The notes under the pieces are model-generated. The model made no database searches. It worked only from the letters and a program-made list of their open reading frames with translations, and was not told where the DNA came from. The position numbers and the translations under genes were made by a program. Source: Desulfobacterales bacterium (lineage in GTDB: Bacteria; Desulfobacterota; Desulfobacteria; Desulfobacterales; JAHEIW01). Taken from it: a DNA stretch of 64,000 nt. Location of the stretch: positions 3,801,822-3,865,821 of the forward strand of contig CP070694.1 in NCBI GenBank assembly GCA_020353355.1, given 5' to 3'. Shown here in pieces: positions 19,016-28,045 of the stretch. Each line of letters starts with the position of its first letter. Positions within the stretch are counted from its first letter, which is position 1.

Positions 19016-19085
19016 CCAGAATATGGAATCTAGAGATCAGAATCCAGTAGCCAGCGACCAGAATCCGACAACCGGAACCTTGACC
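19016..19085. repeat. Degenerate heptamer array, 10 units, consensus CCAGAAT
   Basis: Units ccagaat/atggaat/ctagaga/tcagaat/ccagtag/ccagcga/ccagaat/ccgacaa/ccggaac/cttgacc, all in one phase. Confidence 0.75.
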
Positions 19086-19197
19086 CCCTCACTGAATTTT
19101 GATAGTCCTATCTCAAAAAGCCGCACAATTAATTACATCCAGCATATTTCCTCTTAACAGTTGGGAGGACCAAAAAATGGTTTAAACAGCTAAAAAG

Positions 19198-19237
19198 CCT
19201 CGTTTCTCGAACCGGAAACGGGGTTTTACTTTTTTTG
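19198..19237 (+). terminator. Rho-independent terminator following a 2-codon mini-ORF
   Basis: Stem cctcgtttc (19198-19206) pairs with gaaacgggg (19215-19223), then ttttacttttttt. It is preceded by GGGAGG (19163-19168), an 8-nt spacer and ATG GTT TAA (19177-19185). Confidence 0.65.
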
Positions 19238-19346
19238 TAGTCCACGATGCACAATCGTGTATCTTTCTATCGGTTTTATGCTTTTATTGGACGGTTAATT
19301 TTTTGGTTAGCTGTAATTTTGAATTTTTCTGATCTGAGGAGAAGTC

Positions 19347-19904
19347 ATGAAAATACTTCGACATATCGGCTCGCTGGCCTTTGTGCTTGGACTCTTCTCT
19401 GCGGTATTTGCCGGAATACCCTGGTACATTATGGTTGCCGATGATCCGGTCGTACCGTGGTGGCTGAAGATTGCGGTTTTCTGTCTTCTGGGTGGTATCC
19501 TTGTGGTTCTGATAACCGTGGCTCTCGAGCAAAGACGAATCAAAGCATCAGAAGCAGATTCGCTCACAACAAAGTCCGATCGCGCGATTTCGCTGTTAAA
19601 TTCTGAAACCTTGCCGGCTCGAAAAATCACCGAGATCCTCGGTCTCGTCCAGGGCCATACGGTGTTTGCCATCTGGCTTGGCAAAGATCTATCTGCCATC
19701 ATCCGATTAATCGTTGGCGGCGAATTGACTGAATACACCGAGATGATGGGACGGGCCCGGGAAGTTGCGACGAATAGAATGATTGCCCAGGCTGTAGCGC
19801 TGCATGCGGATGCCATCATCAACGTTCGCTATATGACCACCAGCGTCGTGGGCAGTGCGGCTGAACTTTTAGCTTACGGAACAGCCGTAAAGCTTGGCGA
19901 ATAG
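19347..19904 (+). CDS. YbjQ/UPF0145-domain protein with N-terminal two-TM membrane anchor
   Basis: The C-terminal ~105 aa match the YbjQ fold family (GLVQGHTV...GGEL.EYT...R..A..RM...A...GADAIINVRY). The N-terminal 70 aa are hydrophobic. Confidence 0.7.
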   Translation: MKILRHIGSLAFVLGLFSAVFAGIPWYIMVADDPVVPWWLKIAVFCLLGGILVVLITVALEQRRIKASEADSLTTKSDRAISLLNSETLPARKITEILGLVQGHTVFAIWLGKDLSAIIRLIVGGELTEYTEMMGRAREVATNRMIAQAVALHADAIINVRYMTTSVVGSAAELLAYGTAVKLGE

Positions 19905-19936
19905 CTTGTATTCGATGTAAGTATTGGATAAATCTC

Positions 19937-21196
19937 ATGAAGAGCTTGAGGGAAAACCCGCTACGATTACAAAGCACCAAAAAGCTCAAGGCGGTCATGC
20001 AGCGATACTTCCTGCGGCTCGAGGAAGCTTCTGGTACAAAGCGCCGCAAGGTCGCCTGGTGCAGTAGTATCGGGCCCTGTGAATTGTTGATCGCCATGGG
20101 CTTCGAGGTCTACTACCCTGAAAACCACGCAGCACTTTTAGGTGCCACACGCAGGTCTACAGAAATGATACCCCTGGCGGTAGCTGCGGGATATTCAGCC
20201 GACATTTGCTCATATCTGACCAGCGATGTGGGCGCCTTCTTAAAGGGCGTCACCCCGCTTAGCGAAGCTTATGGAATGAAATCGGTTCCGAAGGCAGACG
20301 TGCTGTTCTTCAATAATAACCAATGCCGTGAGGTACAGGACTGGTTCATGTTTTACGCACGCCAGTGGCGGGTTCCCATCGTCGGCGTTAATAGCCCTCG
20401 CGTACTGGATGAAGTTAAGGACAGTCATATAAGGGATGTCGTCAGCCAATTAAAGGATGTCATCCCCACCCTGGAGGAGGTAAGTGGCAACAAGTTTGAC
20501 ATGGACAGGTTGAAGGAAGTTGTCCGGCTTTCCAAAGATTGCACGATCCGGTGGCGCAAGGTTTTGGAGTTTTCTGGCTGTACTCCCGTGCCGATGACTT
20601 TTTTCGATCATTGCATCCATATGGCCCCGGCGGTAATTCTTCGCGGAAAACCGGAAGCCCTCGATTATTATGATACGCTCCTGGCTGAACTGGAACAAGC
20701 GGTCGAAGACGGCCTGGCTGCGGTGCCGGGAGAGCGTCATCGCCTCTATTGGGATGGCATGCCGATTTGGGGAAGGCTGAGGATGCTCAGTGATCAAATG
20801 CGGGATTTAAAAACCGCCGTTGTTGCCTCCACCTATTGCAATTCATGGATCTTCGACCCACTTGATCCTGACAGGCCTTTTGAATCCATGGCGCGGGCTT
20901 CCCTGGAGTGCTTTAACGTTCGCAGCGAGGGCTTCAAAGAAAGTTACATTGAGCAATGGATAGAATTTTGCAATGTTCAGGGAATCATATTTCACGACGC
21001 GAAAACATGCCCTTACAATACCAACAGCCGTTTTGCCATGCCCTCTCGTTTAAATGCGGAGCTGGGCATTCCAACCCTCATTATTGATGGAGATCTGAAT
21101 GATTTGCGCTGCTTCAGCGAAGCGCAGACCAAAACAAATATTGAAGCTTTTGTGGAGCAATTGCAAGAAATGGTTAAGACACGCTTTCCAGGCTAA
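19937..21196 (+). CDS. 2-hydroxyacyl-CoA dehydratase family protein (HgdB/BcrC/BadD-like subunit)
   Basis: 419 aa with an HgdB-like N-terminal region (VAWCSSIGPCELLIAMGFEVYYPENH) and conserved Cys residues. No partner subunit or activator ATPase lies next to it. Confidence 0.7.
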   Translation: MKSLRENPLRLQSTKKLKAVMQRYFLRLEEASGTKRRKVAWCSSIGPCELLIAMGFEVYYPENHAALLGATRRSTEMIPLAVAAGYSADICSYLTSDVGAFLKGVTPLSEAYGMKSVPKADVLFFNNNQCREVQDWFMFYARQWRVPIVGVNSPRVLDEVKDSHIRDVVSQLKDVIPTLEEVSGNKFDMDRLKEVVRLSKDCTIRWRKVLEFSGCTPVPMTFFDHCIHMAPAVILRGKPEALDYYDTLLAELEQAVEDGLAAVPGERHRLYWDGMPIWGRLRMLSDQMRDLKTAVVASTYCNSWIFDPLDPDRPFESMARASLECFNVRSEGFKESYIEQWIEFCNVQGIIFHDAKTCPYNTNSRFAMPSRLNAELGIPTLIIDGDLNDLRCFSEAQTKTNIEAFVEQLQEMVKTRFPG

Positions 21197-21226
21197 CCAT
21201 AACATATATTCGGAAGGGAACTTATC

Positions 21227-21655
21227 ATGACCGAGGAAATATTACAGAGATACGGGCAGCGGGTAGGCTACTCCGGGATGGAATTGAAGTTATTTCGGGA
21301 GGGAGGCCATCGGGTCAGACAGGTTGAACGACTTTCAAAAGCGGCTCCAAATTATTCAATCGAAGCGGAGATCGTCAAGGCCAGACACTGTAATTCAGGA
21401 TACGTTCAGGGCCAAAAATTTGTTCTGGACGTTGACGGAAATTTCATCGCCAAACTCTGCCCCAAAAAAATGTGTGTTTATCTAATTTCGCAATTGATTG
21501 TACCGGTGGCTCTCATCAACGAGAGGCTCAGCGAAGGGATGGACCCCAAGGACTTTCACTTTATGAGATATGTTCGCTGCCCTGATGTGGGGGTTGAATG
21601 CCTGGGATACGGAGAGGTAATGCTTAAAGTTAAAGTTGTTCCGAGAATAACCTAA
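21227..21655 (+). CDS. Small Cys-containing protein, TIGR04076-like core with ~50-aa N-terminal extension
   Basis: Its pattern of a Cys followed by GQKF, CP..MC and CPD...C resembles the TIGR04076 small-protein family. It lies 30 nt downstream of the dehydratase-like gene. Confidence 0.4.
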   Translation: MTEEILQRYGQRVGYSGMELKLFREGGHRVRQVERLSKAAPNYSIEAEIVKARHCNSGYVQGQKFVLDVDGNFIAKLCPKKMCVYLISQLIVPVALINERLSEGMDPKDFHFMRYVRCPDVGVECLGYGEVMLKVKVVPRIT

Positions 21656-21774
21656 AACTGCCAAGATGTGCGTTGCAAATTGACAGCGGAATTCTGTTGC
21701 CCTTGCATCCCACCAAAAGAATGATAACTGTATTTCGAAATTAGATGAATAATAAAAAGGGGGCCTTCAACTGA

Positions 21775-23001
21775 ATGGGTGCGATTTATATGAAAATTAT
21801 ATGGAAGTTCTGGATAGGTTTTTTGGTGATTTTTTTGACAACCGTCGGACAGACAAACGCCGAGGAAAATAACATGATTAAACAGACGGTCCAAGATAAC
21901 TCCGCATTTGCTGTGGATCTCTACCGCCACTTGAAACAAACTGAAGGCAACCTGTTTTTCTCGCCGTTCAGTATTTCTGCGGCCCTGGCCATGACCTATG
22001 CCGGGGCCCGCGAAAACACCGCCAGTCAGATGGCGGCCGCGCTGCATTTCAATCAAGAGCCCAATCAGCTTCATCGCTCTATGGGAGAACTGATTTCCCA
22101 GCTCAATGCCGTTCAAAAGGAATCGGATGTTGAACTCAACGTCGCCAATGCGCTCTGGACCCAGCAAGGCTACCAATTTCTGGATGAATTTTTCAGAGTT
22201 GTCCGACAATCCTACCAGGCCGAATTAAACCAGATTGATTTTGCTAGCGCCGCTGATGCTGCCCGCCAGGCGATCAATAGCTGGGTAGAGCAGCAGACCA
22301 ATCAGAAAATCAAAGATTTGATCCCGCCCGGGGTACTGAATGCCCTCACCCGCCAGGTTTTGGTTAATGCCATTTATTTCAAAGGGTTTTGGGACAGCCA
22401 GTTTAAACCCGACGATACCCAGGCAATGGGGTTTTGGCTGTCGGCCGAGACCGATGTCCAGGTGCCGATGATGCATCAGCAGCATTCATTCGGGTACTGG
22501 GAAAATGAATGGCTGCAGGTGCTTGAAATGCCGTATAAAGACGAATCTCTGTCCCTGATCGTGTTGCTTCCCAAAGAGAGGCCCGGAATTTCGGACTTGG
22601 AGCAAAAGCTGACGCTGGAAAATATGATGCTCTGGCAAGATCAACTACAGAAACAAAAAGTCAATGTGTTTTTTCCCAAATTTAAAATCGAATCGCAATT
22701 TAATTTAGGACAAACCCTATCTTCGATGGGCATGCCGGATGCGTTTGATCCGAATCGAGCTGATTTTTCGGCCATGGTCGGCAAAAAGGAGCTCTTTATT
22801 TCGGCAGTGCTTCATAAGGCTTTTGTGGAAGTCAATGAGGAAGGCACCGAGGCCGCTGCGGCCACCGGTGTGGTGATCGGCGTGACCTCAATTGCACCGC
22901 CCCCGCCGATATTCAAAGCCGACCATCCGTTTGTTTTTTTTATTCGTGATAACGCATCCCGGAGTATTTTGTTTCTGGGACGGGTGCTCAACCCATCTTA
23001 G
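21775..23001 (+). CDS. Secreted serpin-family protease inhibitor
   Basis: Signal peptide (FLTTVGQTNA). Hinge and reactive-centre loop EEGTEAAAATGVVIGVTSIAPPP. C-terminal serpin signature FKADHPFVFFIRD. The alternative start is ATG at 21790. Confidence 0.9.
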   Translation: MGAIYMKIIWKFWIGFLVIFLTTVGQTNAEENNMIKQTVQDNSAFAVDLYRHLKQTEGNLFFSPFSISAALAMTYAGARENTASQMAAALHFNQEPNQLHRSMGELISQLNAVQKESDVELNVANALWTQQGYQFLDEFFRVVRQSYQAELNQIDFASAADAARQAINSWVEQQTNQKIKDLIPPGVLNALTRQVLVNAIYFKGFWDSQFKPDDTQAMGFWLSAETDVQVPMMHQQHSFGYWENEWLQVLEMPYKDESLSLIVLLPKERPGISDLEQKLTLENMMLWQDQLQKQKVNVFFPKFKIESQFNLGQTLSSMGMPDAFDPNRADFSAMVGKKELFISAVLHKAFVEVNEEGTEAAAATGVVIGVTSIAPPPPIFKADHPFVFFIRDNASRSILFLGRVLNPS

Positions 23002-23900
23002 TCCGTATAGTGCAAGGTGATTTTAGGGGAGGGCGGATGAACAATCTTCATCTTGTTTTTGGCCATCCTGTGACGCTTTAATATATCGTCGACAACCTGC
23101 TCAACGGTCTGGAACTTGGTTTCGCCGAAAACGTTTTGACAAGTCTGCATTTGGCGCTCAACCAGGCGCAGCACCTGCTCGCTGCCAGCCAATTCAGCAG
23201 CAGATAATCCCTGCACCAATCCCTCAATCACCAGCTCCACCACGTCATAATCATACCCCAGGTCTTTGAAGTCGCTTTGCCCGGGCTCCAATCCGGCAGT
23301 CGGCTCGCGGTTGATGATCCGTTGGTCTAATCCGAGATATGCGGCCATCTGCCGAACCAGCCGCTTGGATAAACTCCCCATGGGGCTGATGTGAACCGCA
23401 CCGTCGCCAAACAGGGTATAATAGCCGATCCCGAAATCTTCATCGTGATTGCCGGTTCCGGAGATGATCTTTTTCTCCGTGGCTGCTTTGGTGGAGAGCA
23501 CATTGGCTCGTACCCTGGAAATCAGGTTGCCCTTGTCAAATTTGGTGCTAAACGCTTCGGCGTTGGTAAGTTGATAAGCGTCCACTAGGCTTTCAATATT
23601 GTGCACCTCATAGCGAATACCCAGAATCTTGGCAACGGTCTCGGCATCCTTGATATCATCGGGATGGTTAATTTTAGAAGGCAGAATGTATCCCACAAGC
23701 TCAAGGCTGGTTGGATTCTCAGCATTATAAAACTTGAATCCTCTCTGCACCAGGGCGGCGGTGGTACTGGAATCCACACCACCGGACAGCCCGACGACGC
23801 AACCGGTGGCCGCAACACCCGAGACCGCCTCGACCACAAATTCGCCAATCTGATTGGCAACCGTTTCACAATCCATCTGAGCAAGTTTGATGCGTTTCAT
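22998..23900 (-). CDS. nadE: NH3-dependent NAD+ synthetase
   Basis: PP-loop GLSGGVDSS and NadE-like sequence throughout. The ATG is at 23900 and the track start TTG is at 23930. Its stop overlaps the serpin stop by 4 nt (convergent genes). Confidence 0.85.
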   Translation of the reverse strand: MKRIKLAQMDCETVANQIGEFVVEAVSGVAATGCVVGLSGGVDSSTTAALVQRGFKFYNAENPTSLELVGYILPSKINHPDDIKDAETVAKILGIRYEVHNIESLVDAYQLTNAEAFSTKFDKGNLISRVRANVLSTKAATEKKIISGTGNHDEDFGIGYYTLFGDGAVHISPMGSLSKRLVRQMAAYLGLDQRIINREPTAGLEPGQSDFKDLGYDYDVVELVIEGLVQGLSAAELAGSEQVLRLVERQMQTCQNVFGETKFQTVEQVVDDILKRHRMAKNKMKIVHPPSPKITLHYTD

Positions 23901-23941
23901 GGCAAGGTCCGACCCCCATTGAGTTAACAAATCAATTGGGT

Positions 23942-23966
23942 GTTATTTGTTATTCGTTATTCGTTG
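23942..23966. repeat. Tandem heptamer GTTATT(T/C), 3.5 units
   Basis: gttattt/gttattc/gttattc/gttg, immediately upstream of nadE on the minus-strand side. Confidence 0.7.
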
Positions 23967-24384
23967 AAAAAGAAATAAATATATACAATAAAAAAAACTT
24001 CTTACCTTGGCCCATGCTGTATTAATTTTACCAAAATTGTCAAGTTTTATCTTTGTTAATATTTTTATAGCTCTATAACCAATTAATTTATTTATACATC
24101 TTGTCTTTCCCCGGGCTGGATTAAAAAAACCCTAAATTTCTGGAAAAAAACGCCGATATTTTAATTGACGGGCTTCTCGGTTGTGCGTGCATCTTTTTTT
24201 GCCGGGCTCTCAAGCATAAAAGTGAGAAGGACGCCGGAGAAAAACAACGGCATTCTGGGAAGTCCCTCTATCTTCCCTTCAATCGATTCCCGGTTGAATT
24301 CGCAAAATTTTTGGATAGTCTTCGGAAGTCTTTTAGATAACCTGCATAATATTCGTAAAACTTTTCAAAAGGCATGGGGGGAAA

Positions 24385-25020
24385 ATGAAAAGTATTCCGA
24401 ATCACATTTGCATTTCTATGCTCTGCTGTTTTCTATGCACCTTCCTAACAGCTGCCTGTTCGCCAAAATTTATCATACAAGGTGAAATGATCCGGGGAAT
24501 GGTGGTGAATGACGACAGTGAAAAACCCATCGAGGGGGCCGCTGTAGCGATTCGGTGGTTGAGCGATACCGATCACCGCGACTCCGGCAATTCCACCACG
24601 TTTAAAGCGGCACAGGACGTTTCAAATGCCCGGGGTTTTTTCAAAATCCCGGTATTTCTCAATCGCAACTATGTGATGGGTGTGTACAAAAAGGGGTATG
24701 TATGTTGGAGCAGCAAAGAAGATTTTCTCAACGCTCCGGAGATAAAAGCTCCTCATGATGCGCAATTGCGTAAAAGTCCCGTGCTAGAAGATGGTCTTAG
24801 AATTAGACTAAAACCGTTTAAGGAGACCTATTCAAGAGAGCAACATGCCGGATTCGTGGTCCTTGTTGCCGGCGAATGTACCGATACCCACAGCGGTCCG
24901 TTTAATAAGGCCATCAAATCCGAATATGAATTATGGCGCAATAATCTTCGGAAAAATTTCCAAAAAGTATTTGATAAAAAACTGAGTATGAGAACAAATA
25001 CAGCGGTGCAATCCCGTTAG
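24385..25020 (+). CDS. Lipoprotein with carboxypeptidase-regulatory-like (beta-sandwich) domain
   Basis: Lipobox LTAAC, then GMVVNDDSEKPIEGAAVAI, which is typical of CarboxypepD_reg-like folds. Confidence 0.5.
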   Translation: MKSIPNHICISMLCCFLCTFLTAACSPKFIIQGEMIRGMVVNDDSEKPIEGAAVAIRWLSDTDHRDSGNSTTFKAAQDVSNARGFFKIPVFLNRNYVMGVYKKGYVCWSSKEDFLNAPEIKAPHDAQLRKSPVLEDGLRIRLKPFKETYSREQHAGFVVLVAGECTDTHSGPFNKAIKSEYELWRNNLRKNFQKVFDKKLSMRTNTAVQSR

Positions 25021-25043
25021 CACGCCATCATTTTGAATAAAAC

Positions 25044-25235
25044 CTATTCGTAGGCAAGCACCCGTATTAAACCAATGGTGGCACCGCTGTCATCAGTTGT
25101 ACAGGTGTCGCTAACAGAAATTACTTTTCGCACCTTGTTTGCTTCGATAAACTTGTTGACCATGCGATCCAGTTCTTCCAGTTCTTTTCTGGCGTGGAAT
25201 ATTTTCAGCGGACTGGCGAATGTTTTAGCTTTCAT
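25044..25235 (-). CDS. Small hypothetical protein (63 aa)
   Basis: ORF only. It has a weak resemblance to Cse60-type small proteins. It is convergent with the lipoprotein gene. Confidence 0.35.
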   Translation of the reverse strand: MKAKTFASPLKIFHARKELEELDRMVNKFIEANKVRKVISVSDTCTTDDSGATIGLIRVLAYE

Positions 25236-25326
25236 TGTAGCTCACTTCTTTCTGAGTTATCCGAAAACATTTAATTAAAACAGATTAAAAAATCTCATTG
25301 AGTTTGTAAAGCGAGTGATTTTTTTC

Positions 25327-25382
25327 TTTAATCCTTAACCTTTTGCTCCAAGCTCTATGCCCTATGCTTTAGGTCCCAGCGA
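25327..25382. repeat. Degenerate heptamer array (8 units)
   Basis: Units tttaatc/cttaacc/ttttgct/ccaagct/ctatgcc/ctatgct/ttaggtc/ccagcga, in one phase and G-poor. Confidence 0.55.
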
Positions 25383-25388
25383 CATTTT

Positions 25389-26465
25389 TCAAATATAATT
25401 GATCGGCGCTAACCCCTTACGTCTGCGGACGGCCTCTAATAACCCCACCGTTCCGGTCATCATATTGTCTCCGAAGGGCGCACCAAACGCAATCGGCAGA
25501 CTCGAGTTTTCAACCAATCTACGCTTTGGGCCGGTGGCAATGATTACATCAACGTCTCCAAAACCAATGGCTTTTCGCACAAAGGCCCCATGGCCCCCCT
25601 CTTCCAGGATTTGGCGGTGTTCCAATTTGCCTTCACCCAATTCACGCAAAAGTACTTCCAGCCGGCCCAGGGTGATGTCAACCGTATGATATTCAAAAAA
25701 GCCGGCGATTTCATCGCCACTCATGGCAGCGCCAACCGTATGGGAAGTGGCCACATCTAAAATGAATATCTTTTGCTTGCCTTTTGCCAGAGCGTCTTTT
25801 GATGCACCTAAGATTGCGGCCATACCACTGTCCATCACATACACTTCTTTGGCTGGCAGGGCCTGGGCAGACCTGGCAAGCGAGCCCAAGCGGTTCATTT
25901 CAGACGGAATTTCATCCTTTCTAAAAAGCAAGCTGTGCGCATACGGATTTTCTTCCAGGTGGGCCTTAAACATATTGTGACGAAAATCCAGGTGCGACAC
26001 GCCTTCCGGTGGCACCCCGTGATCCTGGGCGCAAACGGCCACGGCATCAAATTCAAACGCAACGCCAAATCCGTCTATAATCTGTTTCAGTCTGGCGGCA
26101 TCCAGGTCTGCCAGGGTTAATACAGAATATTGGTTACCCCGCCGCAGTGCTTCGGCTTCTTCATCGGCGATGATATTTATATTCCAGGATCTGACTTTTG
26201 TCAGATTGTGGTGAAGGGTTGCCGCCGCTGAAACAGAAATCATCACCTCAGCTGTCTTTGCTCGATCCTGTAAAACTTTTGTTATCGGCCCTCCCCCCAT
26301 TTCACAGCCGCTAACCAGCAAATTTCCTGAGCTCTCAGCTGCCTTTTCAGCCAAATACCGCACCGGCGACTTCACCACCGCCTTATAATGAAGATCGGTC
26401 TTGGTATCATAATACAGTATATCCATCGTCCCGGCACCAATGTCCACCATTAGAAATCGGCTCAT
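25389..26465 (-). CDS. DUF1786-family ASKHA (actin-like ATPase fold) protein
   Basis: The N-terminal phosphate-1 motif VDIGAGTMDILYYD and the overall length and sequence match the DUF1786 family. Confidence 0.6.
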   Translation of the reverse strand: MSRFLMVDIGAGTMDILYYDTKTDLHYKAVVKSPVRYLAEKAAESSGNLLVSGCEMGGGPITKVLQDRAKTAEVMISVSAAATLHHNLTKVRSWNINIIADEEAEALRRGNQYSVLTLADLDAARLKQIIDGFGVAFEFDAVAVCAQDHGVPPEGVSHLDFRHNMFKAHLEENPYAHSLLFRKDEIPSEMNRLGSLARSAQALPAKEVYVMDSGMAAILGASKDALAKGKQKIFILDVATSHTVGAAMSGDEIAGFFEYHTVDITLGRLEVLLRELGEGKLEHRQILEEGGHGAFVRKAIGFGDVDVIIATGPKRRLVENSSLPIAFGAPFGDNMMTGTVGLLEAVRRRKGLAPINYI

Positions 26466-26555
26466 TTGTTAAAGTCCTCTGATTTTTGTATTGGTTGTGC
26501 TTCTGCAAAATACTTGGCATCATTTACCGATGCTCGAAGCCGGACAAAGACCAGA

Positions 26556-27791
26556 TCAAGCATCCGCTTTCTTCACCCGCGTGATGAGCATCGCCGCCAG
26601 TCCGGCCATTATCGTGCAGATCAGAAAGGATTGATCGTAAATACCGCTCTTATCCCTCAGGATCCCTGAAATCCAGTGGGTCAAAATCGCGCCAGCTCCA
26701 TAAAACGGTGTCCAGGCGCCAATAACCGTCGCCATGGCCTCGCGCGGGAAATAATCTCCGGCTAAGGCGCCATATATTGGAAAAGTCGCCCCATAAAAAA
26801 TAGCCAGACACCCGACAAATACACACAGCATGATCCATGAATCCCCGGCCAGGAGTATCCCGGCCAGCGCCGCGGTGATCAATGAATTCGAAATAATGAT
26901 CGTTTTTTTGCGGCCTAAATAGTCTGAAAGCGGTAAAACCGTCAACACCCCCACGATCTGGCCGATGCCATGAACGGTTGCTAGTAAGCTGGCCTTTTCA
27001 AGGGGCAGGTCCAGCTGGTATTTGGCGTAATCCACCATGAAGGTGGTCATACCATAGAGACTGTATGCAATGGCAAAATATGACAAGCCAACTGCCCAGA
27101 AGCGGCTGTTTTTAAAAATGGCGGCCAAGGGAACCTTCACGGGGCCTGTCTTTGCATTGGCATTTCTATTGGCGGGCAGATCTTTTTTTAAACCCCACGG
27201 TTGCAGGCCAATGTTTTGCGGATCATTTCGCAGGAAAATTCCATTGACAATGGCCATCAGCAGCGCCATGCCGCCTAAAAAGAACCAGGCATAACGCCAG
27301 TTGAAATACTCAAAGATAGGAGGAAAAACAATTCCCGTGGTCGCAAAACCCAGCCCATAGCCGGTCGAAAGGATGCCCAGCGCAAGCCCCCGGCGGTGAA
27401 AGGCAAACCACCGCTGAACCAATGTGATCACCGGCCCCCACAGACCGGTTGCTCCGAGGCCTACGATCCCGAAAAACAGACATGATGCCCACAGGGAATG
27501 AACGGTTCCCATTAAAGACACCCCGCATCCGAGAAGCACCAGACAACAGGTGATGACCGGCCTGGCTCCTAATCGATCGGTCACATATCCGGTAATCGGG
27601 GCGATACAAATGTAGGTGAACAGCAGAGAATTGATGATCGATCCGCCGTCTGCGCGGCCAAACCCAATGGTGCGGATCATCTCCGGCAAAATCACACCAT
27701 AACCGAGGCGCACCGTATAGTTAATAAACAGGTTAACAAAACATATCCCCAGAATAATCCACGCCCAGTGTAATGGTTGTCTCGTATCCAC
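26556..27791 (-). CDS. MFS transporter (oxalate/formate antiporter-like subfamily)
   Basis: 12 TM helices and DRLGARP (MFS motif A). The likely start is GTG at 27791, 6 nt after AAAGGAGGA. The track ORF extends to 27914. Confidence 0.8.
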   Translation of the reverse strand: MDTRQPLHWAWIILGICFVNLFINYTVRLGYGVILPEMIRTIGFGRADGGSIINSLLFTYICIAPITGYVTDRLGARPVITCCLVLLGCGVSLMGTVHSLWASCLFFGIVGLGATGLWGPVITLVQRWFAFHRRGLALGILSTGYGLGFATTGIVFPPIFEYFNWRYAWFFLGGMALLMAIVNGIFLRNDPQNIGLQPWGLKKDLPANRNANAKTGPVKVPLAAIFKNSRFWAVGLSYFAIAYSLYGMTTFMVDYAKYQLDLPLEKASLLATVHGIGQIVGVLTVLPLSDYLGRKKTIIISNSLITAALAGILLAGDSWIMLCVFVGCLAIFYGATFPIYGALAGDYFPREAMATVIGAWTPFYGAGAILTHWISGILRDKSGIYDQSFLICTIMAGLAAMLITRVKKADA

Positions 27792-28045
27792 AAACGGTCC
27801 TCCTTTACCAAAGCCGGTGTACACCCTTTTATCTCTGAATTTCAAGAAATTTGCGACAGAATCAGCCAGATGATAATATGTTGGCAGTTTATCTTTTGAC
27901 TTGATGAGATACATATGCCATAGAAAATTTTTTGTATAGTATCATCTTATCAGTAAAATTGGTTGGAATTTAAACCTCATCTCATGGTATTCCGATGGTC
28001 AACCCCATTAACCTCAGGCAAAAATATAGAGAGGGAGACTGGACG

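Noticed and set aside
21652-22209. 185-aa minus-strand ORF
   Set aside because: It is antisense to the 5' part of the serpin gene and has no family features.
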